A model generated the notes under the pieces. It saw nothing but the letters and a program-made list of their open reading frames with translations. It made no database searches and was not told the origin of the DNA. DNA of 63,812 nucleotides, filler included, from Reticulomyxa filosa (taxonomy: Eukaryota > Protista > Foraminifera): NCBI GenBank assembly GCA_000512085.1. It is 9 parts of 9 records of this genome, joined end to end, with 100 filler letters (N's around TTAATTAATTAA, not from the genome) between each part and the next. Parts side by side here need not be neighbours in the genome. Positions count along the whole stretch, not along the records: positions 46,306 to 50,766 come from ASPP01014871.1; positions 50,867 to 56,685 come from ASPP01012286.1; positions 56,786 to 61,612 come from ASPP01004357.1; positions 61,713 to 62,712 come from ASPP01040956.1; 5 more parts are not named here. One strand, 5' to 3'. Of the stretch, positions 49,500-62,812 are shown piece by piece. A program made the position numbers and the translations under genes. Within the stretch, counting starts at the first letter, position 1. Each line of letters opens with the position of its first letter.

Positions 49500-50693
49500 T
49501 CACGACGGTGCAGTTTGTCTCATGCTGCTGTAAGTTTCAATTCGATTGCATGCATTGCCACGACCGAGTTGACAGAAATCAACAAAATTAGCAATCAGCG
49601 CACGGCATAAACAATCACCAGTCACAGCAATTACACCATACAATGGCTTTTCTTTTTCCTTTTTTTTTAAAATTCTTTCATGCATGAAGTGAATTGATTA
49701 AATTTGCATTCGTTTAATAATGTTAATTAAAACAAAAAAAGACGGAGCTGAAGATGGCAATGAACAGCAGCAAAAAAAAAAGTGTCCACAAAACGGAAGA
49801 TGTTTACAGTCTCAAAAAAAAAAAAAAAAAAAGAAAAAAAAGATAACAATACAGAAAAGAAACGTTCGTAAAATGACATTAACAAAATAAATGAGGTGCA
49901 GATACAGCATTTTGAATTTTTGGTGACCATGCATGAAGGTCAATAAAAATGGAAATTAATTGAACATGTATATCCGCAAGAAATTGATATCTGTTTTTAA
50001 TTGTCTCTTTTGGTTGTTGTGCTTCTTCGGTGCTGTTCATTTCCTCAACTTTATTTTTATTCTTGCTCTCACTCTCGTCATCGTTCTCATTTTCATTGTT
50101 ATTATTATTGTTATTGTTATTATTATTGTTATTGTTATTATCATTATTATTGTCATTGTCATTGTTATTTTCATCTTCATTTTCGTGTTCGCACTCACTT
50201 TCGCTATCCACTTCGTTCCTGTCTTCACTATCACTTTCACTATCAAATGTAATCCAATCCAACTTTTTCGCCTTGATAAAGTCTGTATTGAAGTAGATAT
50301 GAGATTCAGACAATGGCGTATCGCAACGACTTTGCCGATTAGTATCAAAAGCCAGGCCGAGAAATAGCGTGGAGTATTGTTGCAATTGGTCATGGATTTG
50401 TGATAGACGTTGATGAAAAGCGTGCAAGGCCGTTTGGATTTTGACAAAGATAGGTGCGCTGAGATCGACACTTGGAGAATGATCAAGTCGATGGAACTGA
50501 CGAAACAAGTGTTTGTATTGACGATTCAAATCTTGGTACATTTTCGACAACTTGTCAAAGTTATCTTTGTACTTTTGATTTTTTTTCCAAGACATCCAAG
50601 CGTTTATATCCGTTGGCGACTGTGATATCACCGACAACGATCGACCAAACAGTCTGTGCGACCCTTTCGATATCGGCCCTTCTGACGCCAGCC
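49500..50693 (-). CDS. Hypothetical coiled-coil protein with Asn/Asp/Glu-rich tract, 5'-truncated
   Basis: 276-aa open frame with helical segments and a poly-N/D/E insert. The 3' exons are uncertain. Confidence 0.45.
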
Positions 50694-50766
50694 TTACATA
50701 TACACACAAAAGCGTGTATATTTGTACGTATACACACCACCCCCCCCCCCTCCCAAAAAAAAAAAA

Positions 50767-50866
50767 NNNNNNNNNNNNNNNNNNNNNNNNNNNNNNNNNN
50801 NNNNNNNNNNTTAATTAATTAANNNNNNNNNNNNNNNNNNNNNNNNNNNNNNNNNNNNNNNNNNNN
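50767..50866. other. Artificial contig spacer
   Basis: N44-TTAATTAATTAA-N44. Confidence 0.98.
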
Positions 50867-50886
50867 TTCTTTTTTTGTTAATGACC

Positions 50887-50918
<32 letters not shown>

Positions 50919-50950
50919 GGGGGAATTTTTTTAAAAAAAAAAAAAAGAAC

Positions 50951-52044
50951 CTGTATCGAGTTTGATTAAAAAGATACAAACAAAAAGCAATAAGTCCGAA
51001 AAAGGGGATTTCGATGATGAAGAGGGCGATGGCACTGCCACAACAAAAGAGGAAGAATCCGAAGAGCGTGTAGCAGGAGATGACAAGAGTCTTTGTGTGA
51101 CATTTCCACAGGTCTCGCTCTTGTTGCGGCACTTGTCGATAGAACTCGTTGACGATGACAATGGTTAAAGGAATGCCACAACACACGATAAAAGGGATGC
51201 TACAAACGAGCACCTTGATGAACCACAACTCGCCTAATAGCGTAAAGTGTCCCAACCAACTCAGATTGACATGTCCGATTTCGGAATCGAGGATGGCCCC
51301 TTTGGGCGTGATGAACACCCAACTAATGACCACAAAGATCCCCACAAAGTCGCAAATCAGCGACAGCCAGTTGTACAGAAACACCGACACGTCCAACGAC
51401 TCGCTGAACACTACCGACTTCGTCGCGAAGCTGATCAGCGACAGCATGATCGACGATAATGTCACCCAGTTCACGCGCGACGTATACACCAACGCACACA
51501 TTTGTAGCAAACTTTGCGGAAACGCTTCCACCATTGCTTCCAATATGAAACCCATGTTTTTATATAAACGCTCTTCTAACCATGCACTCAACTCTTGACC
51601 TTCTTCTTCTTCTTCTTCTTTTCCTCCTCCTCCTCCTCCTCCTCCTCTTCTTCTTCTTCTTTGCTTTGTCTTTTTTTGCACTTTGTTCGTGGAATATTCG
51701 TGAGGGGTCAGCCCGATTTTGCGGAACCATCGCGAAAGTACATTGTTTGGTAATGATGCCCAATAAAATACAAACGATAACAACGGCGCAAATGGCAACG
51801 CCAATACAAACGTCAATATACGGTGCCCGCAATTGTCCTTCCCATATCTTATCATAAACACGAAACAGTAACACAACTGCGCTACTATCAGGTTCGTCAC
51901 GCCGATCCAAAAAAATACCATCGCTCCGTTGTCGTAATACTGCTGCATTACCAACACATCCGTCACTACGTCTGCCACTGACACTAGGATGGAATATACA
52001 TCAAACGCATGTGCTACATATTTTGAACAACCATGACGCGACAT
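50951..52044 (-). CDS. XK-related (Xkr scramblase family) membrane protein, 3'-truncated
   Basis: SVADVVTDVLVMQQYY and ILEAMVEAFPQSLLQ are XK-family signatures. Several TM helices. Confidence 0.72.
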
Positions 52045-52393
52045 CTATCCTTCTGAAGACTTTATTATTATTTTTTTATATATAAAATATAGCCTTTCAC
52101 TGCCCCTTTCTAAGGCCTGCGTGTGCGGTCACACCCAGAACAACAAGTCTTTCAATCAAAAAAGATTTAATACAAAATGGATCGTTAGTGAGGACGTGCT
52201 GAATGAAGTAAAACGTTTGTTTAACTTAACAATGTGTATGTATAAGAGAGGAGGTGATTTTTTTTTTTTTTGCTAAGTAAAACACATGGAGAGAAAATAA
52301 TAATAACAATAATAAACGAAATACAAATAAATAGTATCATAATAGATCAGAACAAATACTTTTATTTTTTTGTACATATTATGAGCATGCAGT

Positions 52394-52585
52394 TTACAAA
52401 TAGGCCCGAATAATTCTGTGAAACTCTTGGATCCATCCTTGTCTTGTAACCGCATCAAGCCGAATCCAGCGTTCGACGATTAGCTTTATATCTTGTTCTG
52501 TCCACTGATAGAAAAGAGGTTAAAAAGAGGAAAAAAAAATTAATTTTTTTTTAAGTAAACGCGAGTTACACATAATTTGCTCCGT

Positions 52586-52622
<37 letters not shown>

Positions 52623-53754
52623 TATACACAACATGGACACATAACACCAATAAGTCGTTTATCTTTGATAACAAAATGTGCAGTAAGTTCTCTGAAGGAG
52701 TCATTTTTGCCGCTGATGATATGAAGACACCTGCCTTGCTGAGTGATGACTCCAGTGCAGCCAGAGAGCGCAATTGGGAGTGAGTCTTGAAACCGAGTCC
52801 AAGAAAGGAGTGTGGTGTTGAAGGATTGAATAGCGACAAAAGGGCCTCCAAACAAGAGGATATGACCATTAATGTACGCATGGCCATAATCCCCATTACG
52901 TAACCCACCTCTTCCTTCAGGTCGTAAAGGGGGACACAAGGGCAAAGACTCGAAAGTGAAATGGTTTTGTGACTCATTGTATTTGATAAGCAGATTGACG
53001 CCGTATGCGATGAGAATAAATTCATTGGTTTTCAATGGGACGAAACAATGATAGGAAATGGAGTGGTCTTCCGCGTTGATCGGAAGTGTGTCGCTACGTA
53101 TACGTTGGTACGTATTCAAGTTGAGCACGTCGATATTGTCCGGGAAATACGTTAGAAACAGCAAATCTCTGCGTTTGCCTCCAATCAACGCACGGGCTCC
53201 AATCCAATTGTCGTGCTCTTTTGCAAACATTTTCATGGAGTCCATTTTGATCCATTGATTTTTCCTTTTCTTTTTATACTTTGGAGTTTGTTCTTGTTCA
53301 TTCGTCGCTGTCGTTGATGTCGTTGATGTCGTTGGTGCTAGTTGTAACTCATTCCATATACTTTCGTAGTGCATCAATAATACATGTCTTCTCATCCATC
53401 CGCTTCCTCCAAACGATAACAGAGTCACTCCATCTTCTCCTTCGTTCTCGCACTTTATCACACAATGACCCTCCAACTCCGTATCTTTTGGATAGGAACA
53501 TATCTTTTGGTACTTTTGAGTCCTGACGTGGTAGGAGTAACACGCCTTGTTTTGTAACCCCCACAGATCAATATCTCATCTTTGTACGACACACACTGCG
53601 CGTTGCTGTACGGGATTGGTAATGGCACCCACATTTGGATCGATGATGATCCTGTTCCTGCAACTTGCTGTCGACTGCCCTTGTTCAAACGATATTGGGA
53701 ACCAAGCCCGACTGACCCTTCGAACAGTAGCATTTGTGCTCTCCTCTCCTTCAT
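52394..53754 (-). CDS. Kelch-like beta-propeller protein with C-terminal GWIxxF module
   Basis: LPIPYSNAQCVSYKDEILICGG, LEGHCV, LLSFGG, IGARALIGG, ISYHCFV and HILLFGG. The last exon 52394-52504 encodes WTEQDIKLIVERWIRLDAVTRQGWIQEFHRIIRAYL*. A 1-nt frameshift occurs at ~53545. Confidence 0.8.
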
Positions 53755-54178
53755 TTTTGCGATTTATTCACTTTTATCTATCTCCTTGTTTATTTTTATG
53801 TAGTGTTATTCTTTAGTTTTTTTTAAGGAGGGAGAAAATCCTTTTTTTTTTTGAAAAGTCGTTAGAGGCTAAAGTACTTAAGTACAATTTACAGTTTGAC
53901 TATCGAGAAAATAAATTATAAATGAAGTGAAAAGAACAATTTCACGGTATTTGCAAAAAAACAAAATGAAACAATTTTTTTGTTTGCGTGAAAAGTAAAT
54001 GGGATCTGAACGATGAAAATTGGAGAATGCACGTATCCTTTTTAGATTGACAAGAAAAAGAAATTTGATTGTGGATTTGCATCTCACATTTTTGTTCCGT
54101 TCATTCAAATTCTAAAAAAAAAGGAAGGCACCTTTGCAACTTCTTTTAAAATAGCAAAACAAAACATTATTATTATTA

Positions 54179-55266
54179 TTATTGTTTGAGAGAACATTTT
54201 TTCTGATAAAATGGAATATAAAAAAAATTAGACTGTTTTTGGTGTCTAAGACGAATAGAAGATTTAAGACGCATCCTCAGAAGAAGTTTTGGACTTTTTT
54301 TGTTTTTAGTTTTAGTATCGATCTGTGTGCGACAATATGGACAGAAATTTTTCAATTGCACCCAAGGTGCAATGCATTCCTTATGAAAGCCATGGCTTTT
54401 GCAAACGCATAATTTGATGATCTTCTTTTCCTTCTTATCCTCCTCACTAAATTCTTCCAAACACACCATACATTTGCGATGATTTTCATCCAAGTCTTCC
54501 AACACTAAAGGTTCGAATATTGACTCATCGTCTTTGGCTATCCTCCTCACCTCGCGTCGACCACCTTTTCATTACACATTGCATATGTTCATATTGTTTG
54601 GTTCAGTTGTTGCGTGTATATTACATGTATTATTGTATATGTGCATATATACATATATACATATAAACATATATATATATATTTATAGTAATATATGTAA
54701 TGTAGGACTACTTTCGGATTGAATTTTTTTTTTTTTTTTTTTTTTTTTAACGAACCACTTCCAGCATTAATTTGCATAAAGCCATTGTCGTTGAAATGAA
54801 CAACATATCCTCGGTTCTCGGCGAAAAATCCTTGTGTCAAATCCACTTTTCTTTTTTTTTTTTTGGAACGCCTCCTCCAATTCCATTGTTGATGGTAGGT
54901 CATATGTTATCCACTTTTTTTTTTTTTGTTATGTTTTGAATGTCAAAAAAAATTTTTTTTTATTTGCCCCGTTTTTTTTTTTTTTTTTTTTGTCTGTTCC
55001 TTCTTTTTTCCTTTCCTTCTCGAACCTTGTCGGATGCTTTCCATTGCCATTGACAGGATAGATTTTTAATCTTTTGTTTATTGTTGTATTGCCGCTTTGG
55101 ATGAGGTAAAACAAAACAAAAGGAAAAAAAAAATGTGTCAAACTTCAAATCTCGGATTGTAACACATGTTGCAATGCAGTTCTGACGGCATGTTCACAAA
55201 AGTGCAGTGTTCACATTCCCAAGGCCCAGAGTCAACCAGTTTATCTGCTTCTTCTAGCTTCGCCAT
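54179..55266 (-). CDS. NZF (RanBP2-type) zinc finger + RING-H2 E3 ubiquitin ligase
   Basis: First exon MAKLEEADKLVDSGPWECEHCTFVNMPSELHCNMCYNPR. Last exon CMVCLEEF...CKSHGFHKECIAPWVQLKNFCPYCR. Confidence 0.8.
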
Positions 55267-55757
55267 GTTACTATTCTCTCTTTTGAATGGTCAAGTTCTC
55301 ACCCCCCTAAAAAAAAAAGTGGGCAAGGAAAAAAGGGATGGTTAGACTTTTTTTGGTAGGTGTTGTTGTACTTCTAAAAAAAACTTTTGTTTTTTTTTTT
55401 GCAAGTTCGTCCAAAAAATTTGTCCAGGTACTTAACGTTCAGTCCAGGACACAAAATTTATTTCATACTATTGTTTTATATTTGTAGTCGTAATTAGTGG
55501 GGAAATCTCTTATTTTACCGTGGAGTATGCAGGTCAAAACATTTTAAATTTTTCGCGCGAACAGCCTGTTTCTTTTAGTGAGATATGAAAGTTTATTGAA
55601 GTGGGTGTAATCCATGATTTTAAACGCAAGCAAAAACCGCAAAACTGTGAATTGTAAAAAAAAAAAAAAAAAAGAGATTGATACAAAAGCTAAGGTGAGA
55701 AAGAAAGATAAAATTGAACTCATAGCAAGCTAAATTTGTGAGAAAAAAAAAAATAAG

Positions 55758-56533
55758 TCAAACTGTATTAGTGTGTGTATTCAAAGTGTAAATTTGTCGA
55801 TCTTTCAAAAAGTCTAAGAGCGAGCACATGGACTTTCTAGAGTTGAAATCTTTTTTTTCGGACTTGGTCAAATAATGAGTGGAGAGCAAGAACATGAGAT
55901 GATGATGATGAATTTTGAAATGGCCACCAAACTGTAGAGCTTGATCAAAGTAGCCTTGAACACATTGTTTCGGCGGATGAGTATACCCAGCAAACAGAGC
56001 AGGATTGCTGAGAATCCCCCTTGCGGACATTACTCCTTGAGCATTGGTTGCATCGATGCATGCAAATATATCATTGGGTTCGCGAATGTCGCCATTGGCA
56101 AGTACAGGAATATCCACATTTTCAATTACCTTTCAAAAAGTAATATATACAAATAAATATATATATACGTATACATATACATATACATATATATATATAT
56201 ATGTACATATATATATATATTTATGTGTATATATTACTTTTTAAATAAAACAAAATAAAACAAAACGGTGGCAATTTCGTCCAAATGAACGGGAACTTTA
56301 GTCCTTTCTTGGAGTGTCCTGCCGTGGACAGTGAGAAAGGAGACCCCAGCACTTTGGACTTGCCTGACAAAGTCGACCGTTTGTCGTATGTCTTTGTGAA
56401 TGCGTATTTTGATGGACATTGAAAGTCGCTGCTGTTTCTACTACGCGTTTCGTTTGCAGCACCATGTCTTTGATTAGCTGGGGTTCGTTTATCAAATATG
56501 CCCCTAATTTTTCTTGAACAGCCCATCGTTGGG
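55758..56533 (-). CDS. DUS4: tRNA-dihydrouridine(20a/20b) synthase, DUS4-like, 5'-truncated
   Basis: PQRWAVQEKLGAYLINEPQLIKDMV, SIKIRIHKDIRQTVDF...FLTVHGRT, IPVLANGDI, GVMSARGILSNPALF and HHHLMF. Confidence 0.88.
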
Positions 56534-56685
56534 GGCTTTTATATACATATATGCATGTGCATATATGCATGTACATGTATACGTATACATATATTCATGC
56601 CGATGCCATACAAATGAAGGAATCAAGAGGACGTCTCAACACACAACAAATAACACAATTAGGCCGATCCAAAAAAAAAAAAAAA

Positions 56686-56785
56686 NNNNNNNNNNNNNNN
56701 NNNNNNNNNNNNNNNNNNNNNNNNNNNNNTTAATTAATTAANNNNNNNNNNNNNNNNNNNNNNNNNNNNNNNNNNNNNNNNNNNN
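56686..56785. other. Artificial contig spacer
   Basis: N44-TTAATTAATTAA-N44. Confidence 0.98.
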
Positions 56786-56802
56786 TAGAAAATCAATCAT
56801 GC

Positions 56803-56841
56803 CATTTTAGGTGTCAACTTTACTTTGCATTCTACTGTATT
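56803..56841 (+). repeat. 39-bp sequence identical to 14767-14805, near a contig start
   Basis: Exact match read by eye. Confidence 0.9.
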
Positions 56842-57414
56842 TGTTGAGCGTTTTTTTAGTTGAAAAGATTGTTTGTTATTTTTTGTTTTTATGACTACTT
56901 CTGGCATGGATCTACATTTACGTATTTTACGTTCGTATACGTTGATGTCATGTGGGATTTGTGGAAATCTTAGTGATATGTTATTGCTTGGAATTACAAA
57001 ATGTAGTCTTTTGGAATTGTATTTAATATTTGTATTGTTAACCCTTTTTGTTATGACATTTGATATTTGGATCGCAATTGGAGCATATTGCATGTGGCAT
57101 TACAAAAGCTATGACTTTAATCTACTAGCTTCGCCATCAAATGAAGGAATTGGAAAAAGTGCATTAAAAAACTTGCAAAAAAAAAAGTTCAAGAAGGTTG
57201 ACAATGTTTTTTTTGTAGATTCATTCACAAAAATTGCCTCATTGCCAAAATACAGAATTAGCAATGGATCTAGACAAGTACTAGTATTTTGTTCAAGCAA
57301 TCAATTTGTGAATGCGTTAGCTGAATTATGACGACTCTTTTCTCTTTCGTCACTAACAATAATAAAGAGGGAGGAAAAAAAAACAACTAGTGACCGCATA
57401 CATCAAAAGCATAT

Positions 57415-59356
57415 TCAAATGTCAGTTTTCCACCACTCATTGTGGGCAATATCAGCAAAGTGAGGAAAGTCAGGAGGATTTCCCAACACCAAGGCTTTGC
57501 CTTGGGCTACATATCCAGACAGTAATTTTTTCGAAATTAAAATGGACAACAAGCATTCCACTTCGTCTTCATCCACATACGTATCATCCGATTCCTTTTT
57601 TAAAAAAAAAATTAAAAAAATCATACATATATATATGTATATGCAATATATATTATAGTCCCTCCAAATGTGTACATAAAAGAAGGAGTGAAATGAGCAC
57701 CTGTTTTGTGGACGTAAGAGCAGCGCTGGACAAATTTGAGTTGGATGGGGTGCGGGTGGTTTCTCCAAGAGACCACCGTTTCGCGTAAATGTCAAAATAT
57801 TGGGAATTCATAATTTGCAAAGCATAGACAATTTGTTTGAGAGGAATCATATTTGCTTTTTTGAAATTGCAATGTCCGCCCATTTGTTTCAGAAAAGCCG
57901 CGCGAACATTATAAACCCTGTAAATCAATTGTCGAACCACAATTAGTTCCGATCGTTGCAATATCAAATAGCACTCGGTATTAATAAAGTCATTTTCGTA
58001 ATGGCTCAGTACATTACGAAATAGCATTACATTGCCTGTGCGTAAAGCTTTGATTATCGGTTCAAAGCGACTCAGCAAGCCATATTTCTATATGTGTATG
58101 GTACATATATACACATAGATATATTTTTTTGTGTTTAATTTTTTTTAAAAAAAACTAACAAACTAACTAAATAAAACATATAATGTATATGTATATGTAT
58201 ATATTAACAATAAGTAATTCTCTCTTTGGAAAGACTCCGAATAAAAGTTGAATTGGAATTAAGAGTAGCAAGATCCGGACTTTGTTATTGACAGCATTGG
58301 GATGGCACAATTCCAAGGCTTTGACAAGCTTTTGCTTGGCCTCTTTCAATCGATCTCGCGAAGCGTGAAATCGCCCAGTGTAATACAAGTGGGTCACCAC
58401 ATCGGACAACGGCAGTTTGTGATAGATTGATGCATGCTGTTGTACTGCTTCCAATGCACTTGCAAGGAGCGTTTCATTGTTTATTATATCTGTCAGCTAA
58501 CATCACATCACATCACAAAATAAACAAATAAATAAACAAACAAATTTATCTTTTTTATTAACTTTAATCAATTTGTTAATGGTCGAAAATAATCCATGTG
58601 TCAAGGTGAGTTTGTTGTGATTTCCCAAAGAAAACAAAGACATTTCTTGCCCATTGGCAGTGCTTGCAAATCGCGACGACAGATCGGACTGCATGGTCGA
58701 TACAAATTTGCATATGCATCGAGATGCGCTTGCGATCGTTTGATTGTCTGTTATTTCTTGTTCGTCTTCCTGTGCAATCAAATCGTTATGATATTGAATT
58801 GATACGTCACAATACGAACTCAATATCACATTTATTACCGCCAAATACCACACTTCGTCGTCACGATTCATTGCAGTTTCATCGACCATTTTTTTTAACG
58901 GTCACCTTTTTTTTTTTTTTTTAACGTGTAAAGTATACTTTTCAATCCCTTCTCCCTTCCTTTCCCTTTTTTTTAAAAATCTATTCACTGCTCGCATATT
59001 CGCATTAAAGCTTCCTTTTTTTTTTTTTTTGTATGTGTTTGGTTACAAGATTTTTGTGCTGCAAAATATGCTTGGCTGGAATTTTCTCCACAATAGCGAT
59101 AGCGTAATGCTCGAATATGATGATAAATTGTTTCGTTCCACGTTTTTGGAAGCTTATTTTGACATGTTTGCTTTATCAGCTGCCATACATTATCTGATTT
59201 ATTCGTTTTGGGAGGATTCAAAATTGTCGACCGGTTTTCTGGGGGATAATGTCGAAGTGACAACAAATTTGCCAATTGATCGCCTTCACGATTTCTTATG
59301 CAGTCACTACAACGTGCTATATATTCATTTAGATCAGAAGGTCTGTTTCTTTTCAT
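57415..59356 (-). CDS. PCID2: PCI domain-containing protein 2 (PCID2/THP1/CSN12-like)
   Basis: SDVVTHLYYTGRF...ALELCH...NKVRILLLLIPIQLLFGVFP, IKALRTGNV and DEDEVECLLSILISKKLLSGYV...ALVL...FP. Confidence 0.85.
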
Positions 59357-60011
59357 TTATTATTCTCTTCTTGAACTTTGGGACGAATTTTTCAAAAAAA
59401 CTTTTCCAACTTACTTCCTTTTGTTATTTTTACTCAATTTCAATTCATTCTTTTTAAAAAGTATTCACAAGATAATTTTTTGATATTTTGTATTATTCAT
59501 TGTATTTTTTCTAGTTTTTGTGATGCATAACTTGGACTTAATGACAAATCAAAGTCAACAGTATTATATCAGTAAATGTACATAAAAGTCTCCGTACACT
59601 AGCATCAACTGAATTTTAAAATGTCAATTCTGGGATTATGTTATTTTCTTTATGATGAGAAATGAAGACAAAAATCGTTACAAAACAGAAATAATTGGTA
59701 AGGATTGCTTAAACGTACGCATTTGACAGAGCACGGCCAAAAATGTAAATAAAAATAAACTAATTTAAAAAAATGAGATCAAATTTATCATAAGTTGTAA
59801 ATGTTGCGATATGTTTAATTGTTAGAACTCAAAATAATAACAATAGTAATAATAATGACAGAAATCAACCGAATAACGATAAAAAAAAAGCGCAGTGCTA
59901 TGCAGCAAAAAAAAAAAGATGAAAAAGAACACAAATGAGTGTTCGCATTCAAGGGCTGTTTTTTGTTTTCATCACATGAAAAAAAAAACAAAATGATAAT
60001 ACCAGAAAAAT

Positions 60012-61575
60012 TTAAGAATTTTTAGAATTAGAAGTCGATTTTATTTTATTTTTGGAATCGAGCTGAATGAATGGTTGTTCAAAAGTGTTGTAAACTCGAG
60101 AAACATAAGTTTGCTGTTGTTCAAAATGTACTTGTTTTTTGGTACTGACACAGATGAGTGGATTCAAATGAAAGTTGTGTCCCTGCACCCCAAATTCCAT
60201 AAAATCACATGCACATCTAACCCGACAATTTGAGTCTTGTAATACTTGTTCGGCCTCTTTTTGAAGCGCGTCAATCAAAGGACTGTCGTCCTCTTCCAAG
60301 TTATCCCAATCCAAGATTTCACATCTTTTTTTTTGCGTCTTTTTTCTGTTCCACATCTTCCTTCATAACGGTATCCCCAATGCTGTCTTTGCGGCGAACT
60401 GAATTCTCGCGAGAGGACCCACTGTCCAATTGCATTAGCTCTTCATGATCGATGCAAGATTGAGACACTATACCACCTCGAATAGATTCCACATATCGAC
60501 TGTACCTCACACGTACATGGACGTCACATATCATATATACGTATACATGTATATCTAATATATTTTTTGTGTAATATGCAAAAAAAAAAAAAAACCCGGA
60601 AAATTGTGTGAGCAGCAGAATTTGGCTTTCAAATTCAAGGCATGAGTCGCGGCCATAGACGCAGTGGAATGACCAAAGGTGATGGCGTTGTCGTAGTGAG
60701 ATTGATCATATGTGCATTCATGGATGAGCACATCACAATCTTTTGCGATTTCAAAGGCACTGTCGATATAGGAGCAGTCTTGCATGACTGCAATTTTCTT
60801 GCCACGAATGTTGTCGCCAACCACATCTTTCGAATAAATCGTGGTCCCGTTCTTCAATGTCACGTCGATCCCTCGCTTTAGCATTCCCATTTGGGGGCCC
60901 TTTGCGCCTAACGCCGTCGCTTTGGCGGCATTCAATATGCCTTCTTTGTCTTTCTCTATAAACACATATCCAAATGTCTCCACTCGATGCGTGATTGGAC
61001 AAGCAAAGGCAGATATCCCAAAATCGATTTCTCCCAGGGAAATTATTTGATTAGGTTTGTAACGGAATTGGCACTATGTATAGTATACGTAAAAAAAAAA
61101 AAATAATATATATATATATATATATGTATATGTACATACATATATCATTATTAATTTGACAAATGAAAGTCATGATACCTTGTTTTGAGGATTTAAGATG
61201 ACTTGAAAACTCGTTTGATGATATGATTGGGACGGTGACGTCGAGGGAGGCTTTGTCTCACTAGTCGTACAGTAATTGAGTATTGTGTCTTGTTCGTATT
61301 TTGTGCCGTGCACTCCCAATTCGTGGATAATAATCTCAAACCCATTCCAACCCCCACTTGCGTATAATGCGTTTGTTATCAGTGATTGGATCCCTATCGG
61401 ACCATACACGTGCAACGGGTTCGTGCGGTTTCCTGCCTTCAGCATGTGTAGTAGTCCGAATATACCGTAGCAATGATCCCCATGCAAATGTGTTATAAAT
61501 ATACTGTGCAGTTTCGAACTCTTCAATTGACTGCATTTTATTTGATGCTGAGTTCCTTCTCCACAATCAATCATG
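60012..61575 (-). CDS. Ribonuclease Z short form (ELAC1-like), 5'-truncated, with C-terminal extension
   Basis: IDCGEGTQ, FITHLHGDH, VYGP, THRVETFGY, the exosite GAKGPQMGMLKRG, LIHECTY and GHST. Confidence 0.9.
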
Positions 61576-61612
61576 GTAAGCTTCCATTTGTTGTCTTTTT
61601 TTTTTTTTTTTT

Positions 61613-61712
61613 NNNNNNNNNNNNNNNNNNNNNNNNNNNNNNNNNNNNNNNNNNNNTTAATTAATTAANNNNNNNNNNNNNNNNNNNNNNNNNNNNNNNN
61701 NNNNNNNNNNNN
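61613..61712. other. Artificial contig spacer
   Basis: N44-TTAATTAATTAA-N44. Confidence 0.98.
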
Positions 61713-62270
61713 TTGCATTATTAAAAATATAACATAAATATATTTTTTAGATGTAGATTCATTTATCTTTTCAACAATTTCTGAAAGTATGTGGATACAG
61801 TATTTATTAATACATATCAATAGTTTATTGTTTTTCGTAATTAAAAATAAAGCAAAATAACTTATATAATCTCACAAAATTGAGTTCGCAAATATCGTGA
61901 TGATTCATTCTTGACTATTACTTTTGATTATTGTCAAAATGAAAAAATAATATTATACAATTCTTTCAACATGTAGTTTTCTCTTCAATCCTTAAGTAAT
62001 TTTTGTGCTGCACATCTATTGCGATTGCTGTTTCCACTAATTTCTTATAAAAATATTCTTCAAAAAAATTCGTCACACGCTTAGTAACCAACGCCGACTT
62101 TCAAATGAACTTCAAATCTCGACATACTCGAATTCTACAGCCAACTTAAACACAAATCTTCTTCGAAAAAAACGTTTCTAAAAAAATTATATCGTAATTC
62201 TTCAACAAAAAAAATCCAAAAAAACGATGTCAAACGAAAATGCAAACGGTTTTTTTAAATTTCCTATGTA

Positions 62271-62352
62271 TTTTTCTGCAGGAAAAAAATTTGTAGGTGT
62301 TTTGTCAAACGATAGACTTTTAAATCTAGGTTTTTGTGCCATATGAAACTTT
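62271..62352 (+). repeat. Dispersed non-coding repeat, copy 2
   Basis: tttttctgcagg aaaaaa...ttttgtcaaacgatagacttttaaatctaggtttttgtgcc...gaaactt is similar to 36370-36450. Confidence 0.65.
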
Positions 62353-62712
62353 ATTTTTTATATGTTATTTTAAACATATGCTTTTTATTATTAAAAATTT
62401 TGCTTTTTTTTAATTGCGATATTTATTAGTTTGTAACTATTTACATTAGTTAACAAAAATGTGATTATTTATTGTGTTGTTTGATTTATAAAGTTATGTT
62501 GTCCAACTAAAAGCGAACATGTGTGAAGAAAATTCAAATACAAGTCTTCACCAAATGAACACTAAAAATGTGGATTTCCAAGTAATGTTATTTTGGAAAT
62601 TGTATCTGTTATTCATTGAAAGATTTTTGCTTCTCCACATATATCATCAAAAGAGTTTATTAAGTGACTTTTTTTTGTAAAAATGTTCAAATTTTTTGAA
62701 CAAATTAGAAAG

Positions 62713-62812
62713 NNNNNNNNNNNNNNNNNNNNNNNNNNNNNNNNNNNNNNNNNNNNTTAATTAATTAANNNNNNNNNNNNNNNNNNNNNNNNNNNNNNNN
62801 NNNNNNNNNNNN
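62713..62812. other. Artificial contig spacer
   Basis: N44-TTAATTAATTAA-N44. Confidence 0.98.

Noticed and set aside
2726-56420. Frameshifts in the RelA-like gene, kinase, CEP44, WD40, Kelch and DUS4 as programmed frameshifting or pseudogenisation
   Set aside because: Most fall in homopolymer runs and affect conserved housekeeping genes, so sequencing error is the simpler explanation. The one at ~1555 is not in a long run and needs read-level checking.
56797-57331. 152-aa (+) and 98-aa (-) ORFs downstream of PCID2
   Set aside because: No family motif recognised and composition resembles intergenic or decayed DNA.
14667-62812. Recurrent TTAATTAATTAA flanked by Ns as a biological repeat, CRISPR or TTAA target site
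   Set aside because: It is an invariant 100-bp N-padded linker with six-frame stops, i.e. a concatenation artefact. Synteny across it was not interpreted.
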